DNA of 64,000 nt from Candidatus Latescibacterota bacterium (GCA_963791045.1 CAWBQK010000015.1:229390-293389); one strand, 5' to 3'. Positions 49,120-59,668 are shown, numbered from the stretch's first letter. Program-made: numbers and translations. Notes: a model not told the origin generated them from the letters alone.

Positions 49120-52100
49120 TCACCACGGAGAGCGGTCCGACCCGATAACAACAAAAGGGGACCAATAAAATGGGTGTGAAAATTCTTCGGTTTTCATCAG
49201 TGCGAGCCGCGCCTCGTTCAGCGCAACACCTGCGGGCATTTTCTCGCCGAGCATTTTCGAGTAGAAATCCTTCATAAGAATCGCCGTCGATTCGTCGGAT
49301 ACAGCCCACAGACTTGCGACCGTGCCGCCGGCGCCCGAAGCTATAAACGCGCGGCTTAAGCCCACGACGCCCTCGCCGCGGCTCACGCGCCCTTTGGCTG
49401 ACTCGCAAGCGGACAGGACAACCAGACCGGCGTCGACTCGCAATGAAAGAATCTCGAGCGTGTGGAGCAACCCATCCTCTCCCGCCGCCTCGTTTGCGGT
49501 GAGCGCCACACAGGACGCTGTGGGATCCAACGGGTCGATCAAACCGTGGGTGGCAAGATGGACAATCCTCGGGGACGACCTTCGAAGCTCCGTCTTGAAC
49601 AAATGCTCGTCCGCGTCCGCGCCAAGCGCGACGATCTTTTTGTCGTCACGAAGCATCCCGCTAATCTCCAAGACCTCGGTTCTCGTTGCCGGGAGCGGGG
49701 CGAGTGTGACCACCGACGATCCGCCTCCCGTTCCAAGCGACGAAAAGTCCGGGTCGCCGAGCGCAAAGAGATCCAGGTCGTACTGCGAGCCTTCTTCCGT
49801 GTTTCTCAATTTGAGGTATACCGTAGCCGACGGCGCGTAGACCGGCGAAAACGATCGCGCGAGAAACGGCAGATCTGCCCACGCATCGCGTTCGTCGAAA
49901 TCACTTGTGAGCAGTATCTCGAACGGCATTTCGAAGAGAAAACCGTCCGGAACAATAATAAGATTCTTGTTCTTGGAAATTCGCCCGGCCGCCGGCTCCA
50001 CGACGGCCTTGTAAAGTCCGCGCGCGGCGCCGCGGAGCGCCGCATCCGCCGCGCCGGGTCTGGATATCGCGTCCCGCAACCGTTCAACCTCGGGACGCAG
50101 CGTTTCACGGTCCGGTAGTTCGTGAAACTCATGGCCTTTGCGATCCACGACCCAAAGGAGAGACGCGGAATCGCCAAGCGCGTAAACGAGCATTGTCGTA
50201 TTTTTTGGAAGCCCCTGTTGAATCTCTTCGAGCGTGGGTATCCGTGAACCGGAGCGGAGCCCGCCCACCGATGCCGTGACACGCGCGTCTCTCAGTTCAA
50301 GGTATCGATCCGTAAGATTTTGTTTTTTCGTGCCGTATTCCGGCGCCGCGGGATCGAGTCGATAGAGCGAGTCGAGCACGGCGGATTCCATGGGAGATTC
50401 GTCGCCGGCAACCGACACCTCGATCATCTCGAGCAACCCCCTCGCCTTTGCGCGTTCAATCGTGCGGAACGCGAGGGCCGACCAGTCATCGTTGCGTCCG
50501 TCGCCGGACTGCGACGCGTAATACCGGGCAACTTCTTCGTAATAATGACGCCGGATACCACCCAGATAGCCTGTCCTGACTTCGGAACCACCGATTTCGG
50601 AACGGGTGTCGTCGAGAACCGACAGGGCGCGCTCGTAGTAGTACTTCGAGCTGTCCGGTCGATCCGACTCAAAGACGTGGCCCAACCCAAAATAGAGCCC
50701 GAGTTCAAGGTCGCCCTGACCGGATCGCTTGATATCCCCGCGAAGCGCGGCAAACCGGTCGTGGGCTTCGCCCGAACGCCCCGCAAGGGCAAGGGCGTTT
50801 GCATAGCCGAGACGATCGATAAGTATGTTGAGTTCGATTCCGGTCTGGTCGTCATACGCCAACGCGGATTCCCAGTCCGCAAGCGCCGCATCGTGTCTAC
50901 CCAGAAGCCGGTTGAGCTGGGCGGAAAGCACCGTCGACTCGCGGATCATCAGGGACTGATCGGTCTCCGCCGCCAGGGCGTGGGCCTTCTTCGCATATGA
51001 CAACGCGCGTTCATAATCGCCGAGCTCCTGGAGCAGATAACCCAGGTTGATCAACGCTTCGACCTGATAATGCGGAGTCTCGTGCTCCTGGCTCACCCTG
51101 AGAAAAAGGAGAAAGTGATCGCGAGCGAGATCGAGCTCACCGACACTGAGATAGACGACACCGCTGTTACGGTGAAAAACGATTGTCTGTTCGGGATCGG
51201 GGCTTTCCGCCAGCAGTCCCTGGACAATCCTCAGCTCGTGCAGCGCCTCTGTGAATTTGTATTCGGACGCGAGATTGAGCGCGAGATTGTTGCGGGTGAC
51301 CATTTGACCGACAACATCGCCGTCGGTCTCGGCAAGCCGGGTAGCGCGTCTGTAGGCTTCGTTGGCCGAACGAAGACGACCCATCTCTGAATTGAGATTG
51401 GCGATACTGTTGAGAAGCTGGAACTGTTGTGTGGCGTTACCCGCCGACTCCACGATGGGCAAAGCTTTTTCAAATGACTCACGCGCGTCGACCGGCCGAC
51501 CCAATTGGGTATAGGCGTTGCCGAGATAAGTGAGCGACGTCCCCAACCCGCCCCTGTCGCCCGTCTCTTCACGGACATTTACGGCTTCGAGATAAAACGA
51601 CACCGCTTGCTCGAGGTTGCCGGTTTGAAGATTTGCGCTTCCGAGACCGTTGAGGGTTTTGCCTTCGAGAATCCGGTCTTCGATTTCCCGCCTCGCGGCG
51701 AGGGCATTGTTGTAGTTTTCAAACACCCCGTCGAAATCGCCGGCGTACCACGAAACCACACCCAACGATCCCCACGTAACGGCGACGGACCGGTCGTCAC
51801 CGATCGATTCGTAAATGACTCTCGCCTCTTCGAAGAGTCCTGCGGCTTTTTCGAGATCCCCCGAATTGCGGCTCTCAAGAGCTTGCGCTTCCAGTTCGAC
51901 GGCACGCTTGCGTTCCGCCCGGTCGGCGGCCGACCAGTTCGAGTAGGTTTCGGTCAGCTCAAACGGCGCCCCGGACCCCGTCCTCTCGAGGTATACCCGG
52001 CTGACGCGCCCGGCAAACTCGATGTTTTCCTTTTCCGCGAGGAGATCTCCGGAATCTCCAACCTCAATCGCGATATCGAGAACCTGCCCCACCGCCGCGC

Positions 52101-52314
52101 CGACGATGATGGCATTTTCAGCGACAAAGGCCGAGAAGGCGCCCTCGTCGCCGGCCTGGGCGATCGAATCGGCCCGAACTATGAAGTCCATCACTGGGTC
52201 GGCCGTTGCCGCCGCCAGACAAGGCCAGGTAAGACACCCCATGACAAAGAGATACACGATACCGCCTGCGGGCAACGCGATATTGACCGGTCGTCTGACG
52301 TTCTGACGGCGCAT
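49120..52314 (-). CDS. TPR-CHAT (caspase/HetF-like) protease with an N-terminal export signal
   Basis: Hydrophobic N-terminus ending CLAAATA; many TPRs (LNGLG, LTYLG, LINLG); CHAT motifs IIVPDG, HLATHG, VVLSACES, ASLWAVSD, HPFYWSPF; ATG 52314 with GGAGG. Confidence 0.92.
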   Translation of the reverse strand: MRRQNVRRPVNIALPAGGIVYLFVMGCLTWPCLAAATADPVMDFIVRADSIAQAGDEGAFSAFVAENAIIVGAAVGQVLDIAIEVGDSGDLLAEKENIEFAGRVSRVYLERTGSGAPFELTETYSNWSAADRAERKRAVELEAQALESRNSGDLEKAAGLFEEARVIYESIGDDRSVAVTWGSLGVVSWYAGDFDGVFENYNNALAARREIEDRILEGKTLNGLGSANLQTGNLEQAVSFYLEAVNVREETGDRGGLGTSLTYLGNAYTQLGRPVDARESFEKALPIVESAGNATQQFQLLNSIANLNSEMGRLRSANEAYRRATRLAETDGDVVGQMVTRNNLALNLASEYKFTEALHELRIVQGLLAESPDPEQTIVFHRNSGVVYLSVGELDLARDHFLLFLRVSQEHETPHYQVEALINLGYLLQELGDYERALSYAKKAHALAAETDQSLMIRESTVLSAQLNRLLGRHDAALADWESALAYDDQTGIELNILIDRLGYANALALAGRSGEAHDRFAALRGDIKRSGQGDLELGLYFGLGHVFESDRPDSSKYYYERALSVLDDTRSEIGGSEVRTGYLGGIRRHYYEEVARYYASQSGDGRNDDWSALAFRTIERAKARGLLEMIEVSVAGDESPMESAVLDSLYRLDPAAPEYGTKKQNLTDRYLELRDARVTASVGGLRSGSRIPTLEEIQQGLPKNTTMLVYALGDSASLLWVVDRKGHEFHELPDRETLRPEVERLRDAISRPGAADAALRGAARGLYKAVVEPAAGRISKNKNLIIVPDGFLFEMPFEILLTSDFDERDAWADLPFLARSFSPVYAPSATVYLKLRNTEEGSQYDLDLFALGDPDFSSLGTGGGSSVVTLAPLPATRTEVLEISGMLRDDKKIVALGADADEHLFKTELRRSSPRIVHLATHGLIDPLDPTASCVALTANEAAGEDGLLHTLEILSLRVDAGLVVLSACESAKGRVSRGEGVVGLSRAFIASGAGGTVASLWAVSDESTAILMKDFYSKMLGEKMPAGVALNEARLALMKTEEFSHPFYWSPFVVIGSDRSPW

Positions 52315-52713
52315 TCGATCTATTCCTCCCACGGCCAAAGGCGCCGCGGCGAAGGGTTAATATCTATAATTGATAATGAGTTACCCACCTTGCACCTTGC
52401 GGGCACTCGGTCTAACAGAAGTGGGGGCTGGTTCCCCATTAATTTGGTATCCCCCAACACCAGTAAGTTATTGACTAATTACTACTATAAAAGTTGACGA
52501 ATGTCAATTAGTTATACCTAACTTCGGCGTTTTTTGGCGGCTCGTTTCGGACGATAGAACTGTACGTCGAGGGCAGGCGTGGCGGTCGGACGACGGAGTT
52601 CGTGCCGGTTGCGGGCGCCCGGTCGATTGTCTTATTATCCCGGTGTCATATTTTACGAAAAAATGGGCCGCCTACGGCGCGCCCCCACACGATCCAACCG
52701 GGAGATTTTATTG

Positions 52714-53350
52714 ATGGGAGAGCTGATTTCACCTGAGATTCTTCGCTACTGTGAAGCGCACACATCCCCCGAATCGGACACCGGCGAGACAATCGCGGCG
52801 GAAACTCACAACGAAACATCCAACCCGGGAATGCTCGTCGGCCATTCGGAAGGCACTTTCCTGTCGCTGGTCGCGCGTTCGACGGGCGCCCTGAAGGTTC
52901 TTGAGATCGGAACGTTTACAGGTTACAGCGCGCTAAAGTTCGCCGAGGGGATTCCCGAAGATGGCGAGGTCATCACCTGCGATATCGATACCGAAACGAC
53001 CGCAATCGCACTGCGGAACTGGGAGAAAAGCCCTCACGGGAAGAAGATTCGCTTGATACTCGGCCCGGCCCTGCAAACCATCGATGATCTTTCGGGCCCC
53101 TTCGATCTGGTGTTCATCGATGCAGACAAGGGCAACTACATCAATTATTGGGAGGCCTGCGTACCCAAAGTGCGAACCGGCGGACTGATCCTCGCCGATA
53201 ACGTATTGTGGAGCGGGCGTGTACTCGACCCCCAGAAACCCGACGACCACGCGTTGGCCGCTTTCAACGCGCACGTGCGCGCGGACAAACGTGTCCGCGT
53301 CGCAATGCTCCCGATCCAGGGACGGCGTCACCATGGCTTGCAGGTTGTAG
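52714..53350 (+). CDS. SAM-dependent O-methyltransferase, CCoAOMT/family 3 (extra base near 53316)
   Basis: LEIGTFTGYS, FDLVFIDADK, DNVLWSG; removing one C restores MLPIRDGVTMACRL* ending at 53350. Confidence 0.88.
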
Positions 53351-53482
53351 ATCCGCTTCCGTCTCTGTCTTCCGTCTCTGTAATGAGAAGGAGCCCCCTG
53401 CAGGGCGCTTGACACGATTCGCGGGGACTCGTACCTTGTTTGAACGTATAATCATACACAAACCCAACGACGAAGGAAAAGC

Positions 53483-55330
53483 ATGACCACGGCTAAGTTC
53501 TTGATTTCACGTTATCTGGTGTTCTTAATGGTGTTGGCGGGGACGGCGGTTGCCGGAATCGCCGGTGATGCGGCGGCTTCGCCCTTCGATCCCTTCGGCG
53601 ATCCCGTATCGGTCGCCACATACAAATCGCTCAGCAGCGTCCCGCAGGGCGGCACCATCGATATTGCGGTCTCACTCAAGTTGAAAACGCACTGGCACGT
53701 CAATGCCAACAAGGTGAACGACGAGTACCTCATCCCAACCATGGTTGCGATCGAGCCGGTCGAGGGAGTGATAATCCGGCAGATCGTCTACCCTGAAGCG
53801 ATGGAAAAGGTGCTTTCATTCTCGGATCAACCCCTGCGGCTCTACGAGGGCTCGGTGGTTATCGGCGCCCGCCTGGACATATCAAAAGACATCGCGCCGG
53901 GCGAAATTGTTATCAAGGCCACGCTCACCTATCAGCCGTGCGACAATGAAAAGTGTCTGGCGCCGGTCAACAAGACACTTGAGATCCCGGTTCGGATCTC
54001 AGGGGCGACCGAAGCGATCGACGCCACTGATTCAGATGTTTTCAGCTCAATCAACTTCGCCGCCCCGGCGCAGGCGGAAACGCAGACTGAAAGCGGCAGG
54101 CTCGGACAGATCATCGCCAAACGCGGAATGATTTTCGCGTTCCTCATTGTCTTTATCTGGGGACTTGCGCTGAATTTGACACCGTGCGTATACCCGCTCA
54201 TCCCCATCACGGTCGGCTATTTCGGTGGACAGGCGGAGGGCAAGTCTTCGCGCACACTCACACTGGCGATTGTTTACGTTCTCGGAATGGCGGCGATGTA
54301 TTCGACCCTCGGACTCATCGCGGCATTGACGGGCAGCATTCTCGGCACCGCTCTGCAAAATCCATTTGTCGTAGGAGCCGTCGCCGCGGTGCTGGTGATT
54401 CTCGCGCTCTCCATGTTCGGATTGTACGAATTCAGGATCCCGGCAGCCCTCAGCGGGTTCGCGGGAACGGGCAAACAGGGTTATGTCGGCGCGTTTGTCA
54501 TGGGCCTCACCGTCGGAATCGTTGCCGCACCCTGCATCGGACCGTTCGTCCTCGCGCTTCTCACATTTGTCGGCGCCAGCGGGAACCCGGCGCTTGGCTT
54601 TTCACTTTTCTTCACTCTCGCCATCGGACTGGGTCTTCCATTTATATTTCTCGCCGTTCTATCGGGAAGCATCTCGAAGCTCCCCAGATCTGGCGAGTGG
54701 ATGGACTGGGTCAAGAAACTCTTTGGCGTGATACTCGTGGGAATGGCGGTCTTCTTTCTCGAACCTCACATCGGCGACATCGCGTTCTATGCCTTGATGG
54801 GAGTTCTCCTCGTCGTCAGTGGAATCTATCTCGGCTTCGTGCGAAAGACACAGACGCCCGGTTTGTTCTTCAACGTGTTCAAACGTTTTATTGGAATCGC
54901 TCTGCCGCTGCTCGGCCTGTATTTTGTGCTCGCCCCCGGACACATTATCGCCCGCAACGCGCCGGAAGGCGGGATCGTGTGGCAGGATTTCGATAGCGCC
55001 GCGCTCGGCCAGGCGCGGGAGGGCGGCCGGTTCGTTCTCATCGATTTCTCGGCCGAATGGTGCCTGCCTTGCAAGGAACTGGATCACAAAACATTCGTCA
55101 AACCCGAGGTAGTGGCCGCGACGGCGGACATCGTCACGCTCCGGGCCGATCTCACCGAATCCGCGTCACCCGAGGTGGCGGCGATCCGGAAACAATTTGC
55201 GATCAAGGGGGTTCCGACTGTCGTATTCATCGACAAAAACGGGGCCGAACGCAAGGACCTGCGGGTATTCGGGTATGTCGACGGAGATGAATTTCTCGAG
55301 CGTGTGAAGCGCCTCAAGAACGAAGGGTAG
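53483..55330 (+). CDS. dsbD: Thiol:disulfide interchange protein DsbD
   Basis: N-domain YQPCDNEKC, TM domain LTPCVYP and AAPCIGP, PRSGEWM, thioredoxin DFSAEWCLPC, GVPT. Confidence 0.9.
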   Translation: MTTAKFLISRYLVFLMVLAGTAVAGIAGDAAASPFDPFGDPVSVATYKSLSSVPQGGTIDIAVSLKLKTHWHVNANKVNDEYLIPTMVAIEPVEGVIIRQIVYPEAMEKVLSFSDQPLRLYEGSVVIGARLDISKDIAPGEIVIKATLTYQPCDNEKCLAPVNKTLEIPVRISGATEAIDATDSDVFSSINFAAPAQAETQTESGRLGQIIAKRGMIFAFLIVFIWGLALNLTPCVYPLIPITVGYFGGQAEGKSSRTLTLAIVYVLGMAAMYSTLGLIAALTGSILGTALQNPFVVGAVAAVLVILALSMFGLYEFRIPAALSGFAGTGKQGYVGAFVMGLTVGIVAAPCIGPFVLALLTFVGASGNPALGFSLFFTLAIGLGLPFIFLAVLSGSISKLPRSGEWMDWVKKLFGVILVGMAVFFLEPHIGDIAFYALMGVLLVVSGIYLGFVRKTQTPGLFFNVFKRFIGIALPLLGLYFVLAPGHIIARNAPEGGIVWQDFDSAALGQAREGGRFVLIDFSAEWCLPCKELDHKTFVKPEVVAATADIVTLRADLTESASPEVAAIRKQFAIKGVPTVVFIDKNGAERKDLRVFGYVDGDEFLERVKRLKNEG

Positions 55331-55366
55331 CCACTCACACGCATATACTCACAACCGGGGAAAGCC

Positions 55367-56224
55367 TTGAAAATTGTCAGCTTCGGCGATAAGGGAAATG
55401 AGAAACCAGGTGTTGTTCACGAAGAACACGTGATCGATCTTGGAATCGCCGACCCTACGTTGCCGTCCACGGTCAGGGGAATTCTGGAATCGGGCGCGCT
55501 CGAGAATGTCCGCGCGATAATCGACCGGGCCGGTTCGCTTCCTTCTCATTGCTTCAGTCCCGTCTCGAGCGTCAGGCTCGGACCGCCGGTGACCAACCCG
55601 TCAAAAATTATCTGCGTGGGCCTCAATTACACCGATCACGCCGCCGAACAGAACCGCGAAGTACCTGACTCGCCGTTGACATTCGCGAAAGGTCCCAATG
55701 CCCTCAGTGGCGATGGCGACCCGATACCAATTCCGGCTGAGGTCGCGCAGATGGACCACGAAGTTGAACTTGCCGTTATCATCGGCCGCCGCGCGCAGGC
55801 GGTACCCCTGGAGCGGGCATCCAATTATATTGCGGGGTTTGGCGTATTCATGGATATCTCCGCGAGAGACGTTCAGTACCGTGAAAAGCAGTGGTTCAGG
55901 GCGAAGAGTTTCGACGGGTTCGCCCCGTTCGGACCCTGCCTCACAACGAGCGACGAGGTTTTCGACCCACACAATCTTGAAATCTCACTCGAGGTCAACG
56001 GCCATCAATACCAGTCGAGCAATACGGGCTTGATGACATTCAAAGTGGATTATCTCGTCCACTACCTTTCGCAAGGCATGACTCTCGAGCCAGGTGATAT
56101 AATCGCGACGGGGACCCCTGCGGGTGTGGGTGTCTTCGCGTCGCCCCAGAGATTTCTAAAAAAAGGCGATCAGATAACAGCAACGATCGACACTCTAGGC
56201 ACCCTGACAAATCCGGTCGACTAG
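55367..56224 (+). CDS. Fumarylacetoacetate hydrolase family protein
   Basis: KIICVGLNYTDH, DHEVEL, DISARD, AKSFDGF, TLEPGDIIATGTPAGVG. Confidence 0.93.
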   Translation: MKIVSFGDKGNEKPGVVHEEHVIDLGIADPTLPSTVRGILESGALENVRAIIDRAGSLPSHCFSPVSSVRLGPPVTNPSKIICVGLNYTDHAAEQNREVPDSPLTFAKGPNALSGDGDPIPIPAEVAQMDHEVELAVIIGRRAQAVPLERASNYIAGFGVFMDISARDVQYREKQWFRAKSFDGFAPFGPCLTTSDEVFDPHNLEISLEVNGHQYQSSNTGLMTFKVDYLVHYLSQGMTLEPGDIIATGTPAGVGVFASPQRFLKKGDQITATIDTLGTLTNPVD

Positions 56225-56243
56225 CCGGTCGTCAGAGAATCAC

Positions 56244-57551
56244 GTGGGCACAAGCGAACAACAAAAACCGGCAAGCATGGGCATCGTGACGGCCCTCAAA
56301 CCGCCGATGGCTCGCAGGAGGAGGCTCCTTATCGTCTCACCCTGGGCGAGCCGCTGGTCACTCGGCGGCAAGGCCGGTGTTTCCGACGATCATTATTTCA
56401 TCAAACAGTTCACATCCAACGGGTACGATCTTCACTTTCTGACCCCTGACCCGGGGAAAGCGGCCGACCCCAAGGACAAACCCTACGACCATACATTCGT
56501 TCATACTTACCCGAACTTTTTCAAAGCGACCCACAATTGGCCGACGCCATTGAAACGCCTCCTATGGCCGGCAATGTTCAACACAATCGTAACAACCCGG
56601 GCGTCGTTTCTCGCGGGAAGACTCGAGCCGGATTTTATCCTGGGTCATTCGCATTACAGCTCGTTCCCGGCGTTTGTCGCGCGCGAACTCCACCGGATTC
56701 CATCGGGCGTAAAACTATTCGGCGTGATGGACCTCGTCCACACCGAGTGGTCGGGAACGAAATATTTCCTGAAAAACCTCGAACAGATCGCCGCGTTGAA
56801 AATCCCGCAGGACGTGTGGATCATCCTCGATGACGGCACGCAAGGTCGTGATGCAGCGCTGAGACACGGCGTCCCCGAAGACAAGATCGAATTCTTGCCC
56901 AATGGCATAAATACCGAGTGGGGCGATCGAAGGCCGGACCGCGAACAAATCCGCAGAGAGTTTGACATCCCCGACGATCATGTTGTTGTTCTTTTTCTGG
57001 CGCGCCTGGTTCCTTCAAAACGACCCGAGATGCTCCTCAACGCCGTCCCAGCGGTTCGGGACAAGTCGCGTCGGCCGGTTTCGTTTATCTTTGTGGGTGA
57101 CGGGTTGTCGCGGCTGCCGTGTGAAAATCTCGTCCGAAATCTTGGTCTGGAGAACGAGGTTCGGTTTCTCGGTGCGCTCGAACACGATCATGTTCCCGAC
57201 ATTATGTCCGCGTCGGATGTATTCGTGTCGACGAGCGAACTTACGAATGTTGCGATTCCCACGTGCGAAGCGATGGTTTGCGGCCTCCCCGTCATCGGGT
57301 TTGACGTCGGCGACACCAGAGAGATCGTCCGGCACGGCCAAACCGGAATCGTTGTAGCCGATGGCGATATCAATGGTCTGGGCGAAGCCATCATCGATTT
57401 GGCGGAAGATGACCCGATGCGGCAGCGGATGGGCAAGGCGTCGAAAGAACTCGCGGGGAAATTGTTCACCGGCTGGGATGAACGAACTCGCCTGGAACTG
57501 GACATAATCAACAAGCTGATCGACCAAAACAACGCGCTGAGTGCACGTTAA
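56244..57551 (+). CDS. Glycosyltransferase family 4 protein
   Basis: PNGI, FLARLVPSKRP, FVGDG, CEAMVCGLPVIG, GQTGIVV. Confidence 0.9.
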   Translation: MGTSEQQKPASMGIVTALKPPMARRRRLLIVSPWASRWSLGGKAGVSDDHYFIKQFTSNGYDLHFLTPDPGKAADPKDKPYDHTFVHTYPNFFKATHNWPTPLKRLLWPAMFNTIVTTRASFLAGRLEPDFILGHSHYSSFPAFVARELHRIPSGVKLFGVMDLVHTEWSGTKYFLKNLEQIAALKIPQDVWIILDDGTQGRDAALRHGVPEDKIEFLPNGINTEWGDRRPDREQIRREFDIPDDHVVVLFLARLVPSKRPEMLLNAVPAVRDKSRRPVSFIFVGDGLSRLPCENLVRNLGLENEVRFLGALEHDHVPDIMSASDVFVSTSELTNVAIPTCEAMVCGLPVIGFDVGDTREIVRHGQTGIVVADGDINGLGEAIIDLAEDDPMRQRMGKASKELAGKLFTGWDERTRLELDIINKLIDQNNALSAR

Positions 57552-57592
57552 ACAAAAAAACCGGGGACGCCATCACGGCATCCCCGGCTCTT
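57551..57592. terminator. Terminator between the convergent GT4 and TlpA genes
   Basis: AAAAAAA-CCGGGGAcGCC...GGCaTCCCCGG; strong U tract on the minus strand. Confidence 0.75.
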
Positions 57593-57625
57593 GCGATCCA
57601 CCCTCAAGGTAAACCTCAGTAATCT

Positions 57626-58603
57626 CTAAGTCTCATTGAGTAGTTTTTCAACGGCGGCCTCGAGTTCTTTGCCTCGAAGCGACCGGTAACGGATCTTTCC
57701 GTTCTTGTCGATCAAGTACGTCGCCGGAATGGAACGGACACGATACTGCTGGGCCACCGTGTTCTGCCAACCCTTTCCGTCGAAAAACTGCGGCCAGACC
57801 ATTTCGTTGTCTTTGATAAAACTCTCGACCGCGGTCTTGTTGTTGTCCAGCGAGATCCCGATGATTTCAAAACCCTTCTCGTTGAACTTCTTATGGATAC
57901 GGATGACGTTCGGCATCTCGACCTTGCACGGCATGCACCATGTCGCCCAGAAATCGAGAAGAACCACCTTGCCTTTGAAATCGGCCAGCGAGAGTTTCTT
58001 CCCATCGAGCCCTTCAACCGAGAACGGTATCGGCTCGTTTCCAACGGCGAGTGTTTTCAGGACGTCGAGATCCTCGAGACTGCCCTGGGCAGCAGTGAGG
58101 AACTGGGGATTGACGTGCGCGTATTCCTCGATAAAAATCTTGTACTGTTCCTTGGCCTTTTCAAACTTGTCGAGGCTCTTGTAGGACTCCGCCAGGTAGA
58201 AATGCGCGTAACCAACACGTTCATCTGCCTTGTCGCCGACCTTGACATAGTCGCCGAGAAACGGCACGGCTTTGTCGAACTGGCCGACCGAGGCGAACAT
58301 CATACCCAGCTGAAGCTTGGCGTCTTTTGCCTCTTCTGTCCCCGGATACGCCGCGATGAATCCTTCGAGCTTGCTCGCCGCGAGAGCGACCGCCTCTATC
58401 ATCTTGGGCTGGGTTGTCGCGGTTTTTTGAATCTCGAGTAGCTCCGTCTGAAGTTGGGCGTAGGCTTCCGCCGATGCTGTGTCCGTCGCAACCGCCGCTG
58501 ATTCGGCGGCGTCACCAGCATTCGATTCATCGTTGGTGCACGCCGTCAACGCCACCGTCAGCATAAGACAGCACACCAACGCCATTACAAGGGCCTTGTT
58601 CAT
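57626..58603 (-). CDS. TlpA/ResA-family thiol-disulfide oxidoreductase lipoprotein with TPR
   Basis: Lipobox LTAC; TPR-like helices; LDFWATWCMPC, GISLD, IPATYLID. Confidence 0.92.
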   Translation of the reverse strand: MNKALVMALVCCLMLTVALTACTNDESNAGDAAESAAVATDTASAEAYAQLQTELLEIQKTATTQPKMIEAVALAASKLEGFIAAYPGTEEAKDAKLQLGMMFASVGQFDKAVPFLGDYVKVGDKADERVGYAHFYLAESYKSLDKFEKAKEQYKIFIEEYAHVNPQFLTAAQGSLEDLDVLKTLAVGNEPIPFSVEGLDGKKLSLADFKGKVVLLDFWATWCMPCKVEMPNVIRIHKKFNEKGFEIIGISLDNNKTAVESFIKDNEMVWPQFFDGKGWQNTVAQQYRVRSIPATYLIDKNGKIRYRSLRGKELEAAVEKLLNET

Positions 58604-58648
58604 ATATACTTCCTTCTTAAAAAAACAATCAAAAAACCCCGATCGCCG

Positions 58649-59668
58649 TCAGATGCCGCGGGCGATCAAGCGAATCCTCACCGAGGGCTCCTGTGGATCG
58701 TTTGTGTTGATGATCATCTCGTCGTAATAGTTCTTCTTCTTGGATTCCGGCGCAAAATTGACGATCACCTTGTATCGCCTTCCATCCTCCAGGGCCTCGA
58801 CTTCGGCGTTGTAGTCCGGACTTGAGAATTCGACGTTTTTGATTTCAAAATCGCCTTTGACTTTGAAAACCGTCAAGGTCTTCTCCGTGGGCTCCATCGC
58901 CGACGAGGATAGTTCCGGAATCTTGACCGCACCAAAATTGAGTGTCGACGGCTGGCAAACAATCGCGCCACGGGTGGCGACGTTTACCTGAACGACCTTT
59001 TTCGGTGTGTGCTCACTGTTGGTATCAATGTACAGGCTCCCCCAGGTGTGCAGTGTCGGAAGCTTAGGATTCTTCCATACCTGGACCTTGTAACGCCCCG
59101 GCTCGCTGTCGGGAACGAGTTTGTAAGTGATCTTGTCGTCAATATTCGAAGAGAGACCTGTGACGACGAAATCCTTCTTCTTTTCGTTCGAGGAGATTGT
59201 CATTTCTTTTGAAATCTGCTCGCCGTACATCCCGCTGAGATACACGCGATCGGACGGAAGAATCTCCACGTAGGTGATAATTTTCGCCGCGAGCGCGATC
59301 GTCATCTGGGGATGCTTGGGATCATTGGTCTGAACCGTCGCACGCTTGTTGAAAGAGCCGTGAACTTTTTTGCCGTTGATCTCGAGAGTGATTGTGCCCT
59401 CCTGACCAGGAGGAATGACCTTGTCGTACTGGGCCACTGCGCAGCCTCAACCAGGCTTCACACTTTTGATGTGAAGCTCACCCCCTCCGACATTCTTGAT
59501 CGTGAACGCGTATTTATAAAAGTCCTGCTCGAACACTTCGCCCATGTCATGGCGCATTTCCTCAATCAGGATGCTCGGTTGAGCTTCTTCCTGGGCCGAC
59601 GTTAAAGCTGCCGGCAGAAGAACCGCCAATACACAGATGAGCGTCAAGCCCGTCAACAATCTGCGCAT
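58649..59668 (-). CDS. DUF1573 Ig-like secreted protein read through an in-frame TGA (probable selenoprotein, 339 aa)
   Basis: ORFs 59447-59668 and 58649-59437 are in the same frame: FTIKNVGGGELHIKSVKPG-TGA-GCAVAQYDKVIPPGQEG; the TGA occupies the first Cys of the DUF1573 CGC motif. Confidence 0.8.

Noticed and set aside
48608-49408. 266-aa ORF as called
   Set aside because: Its first 122 aa largely overlap the CHAT gene in another frame; the real start is ATG 49042 with an RBS and signal peptide
52579-53412. Extended N- and C-termini of the O-methyltransferase
   Set aside because: The upstream start lacks family similarity and the C-terminal tail results from a one-base indel
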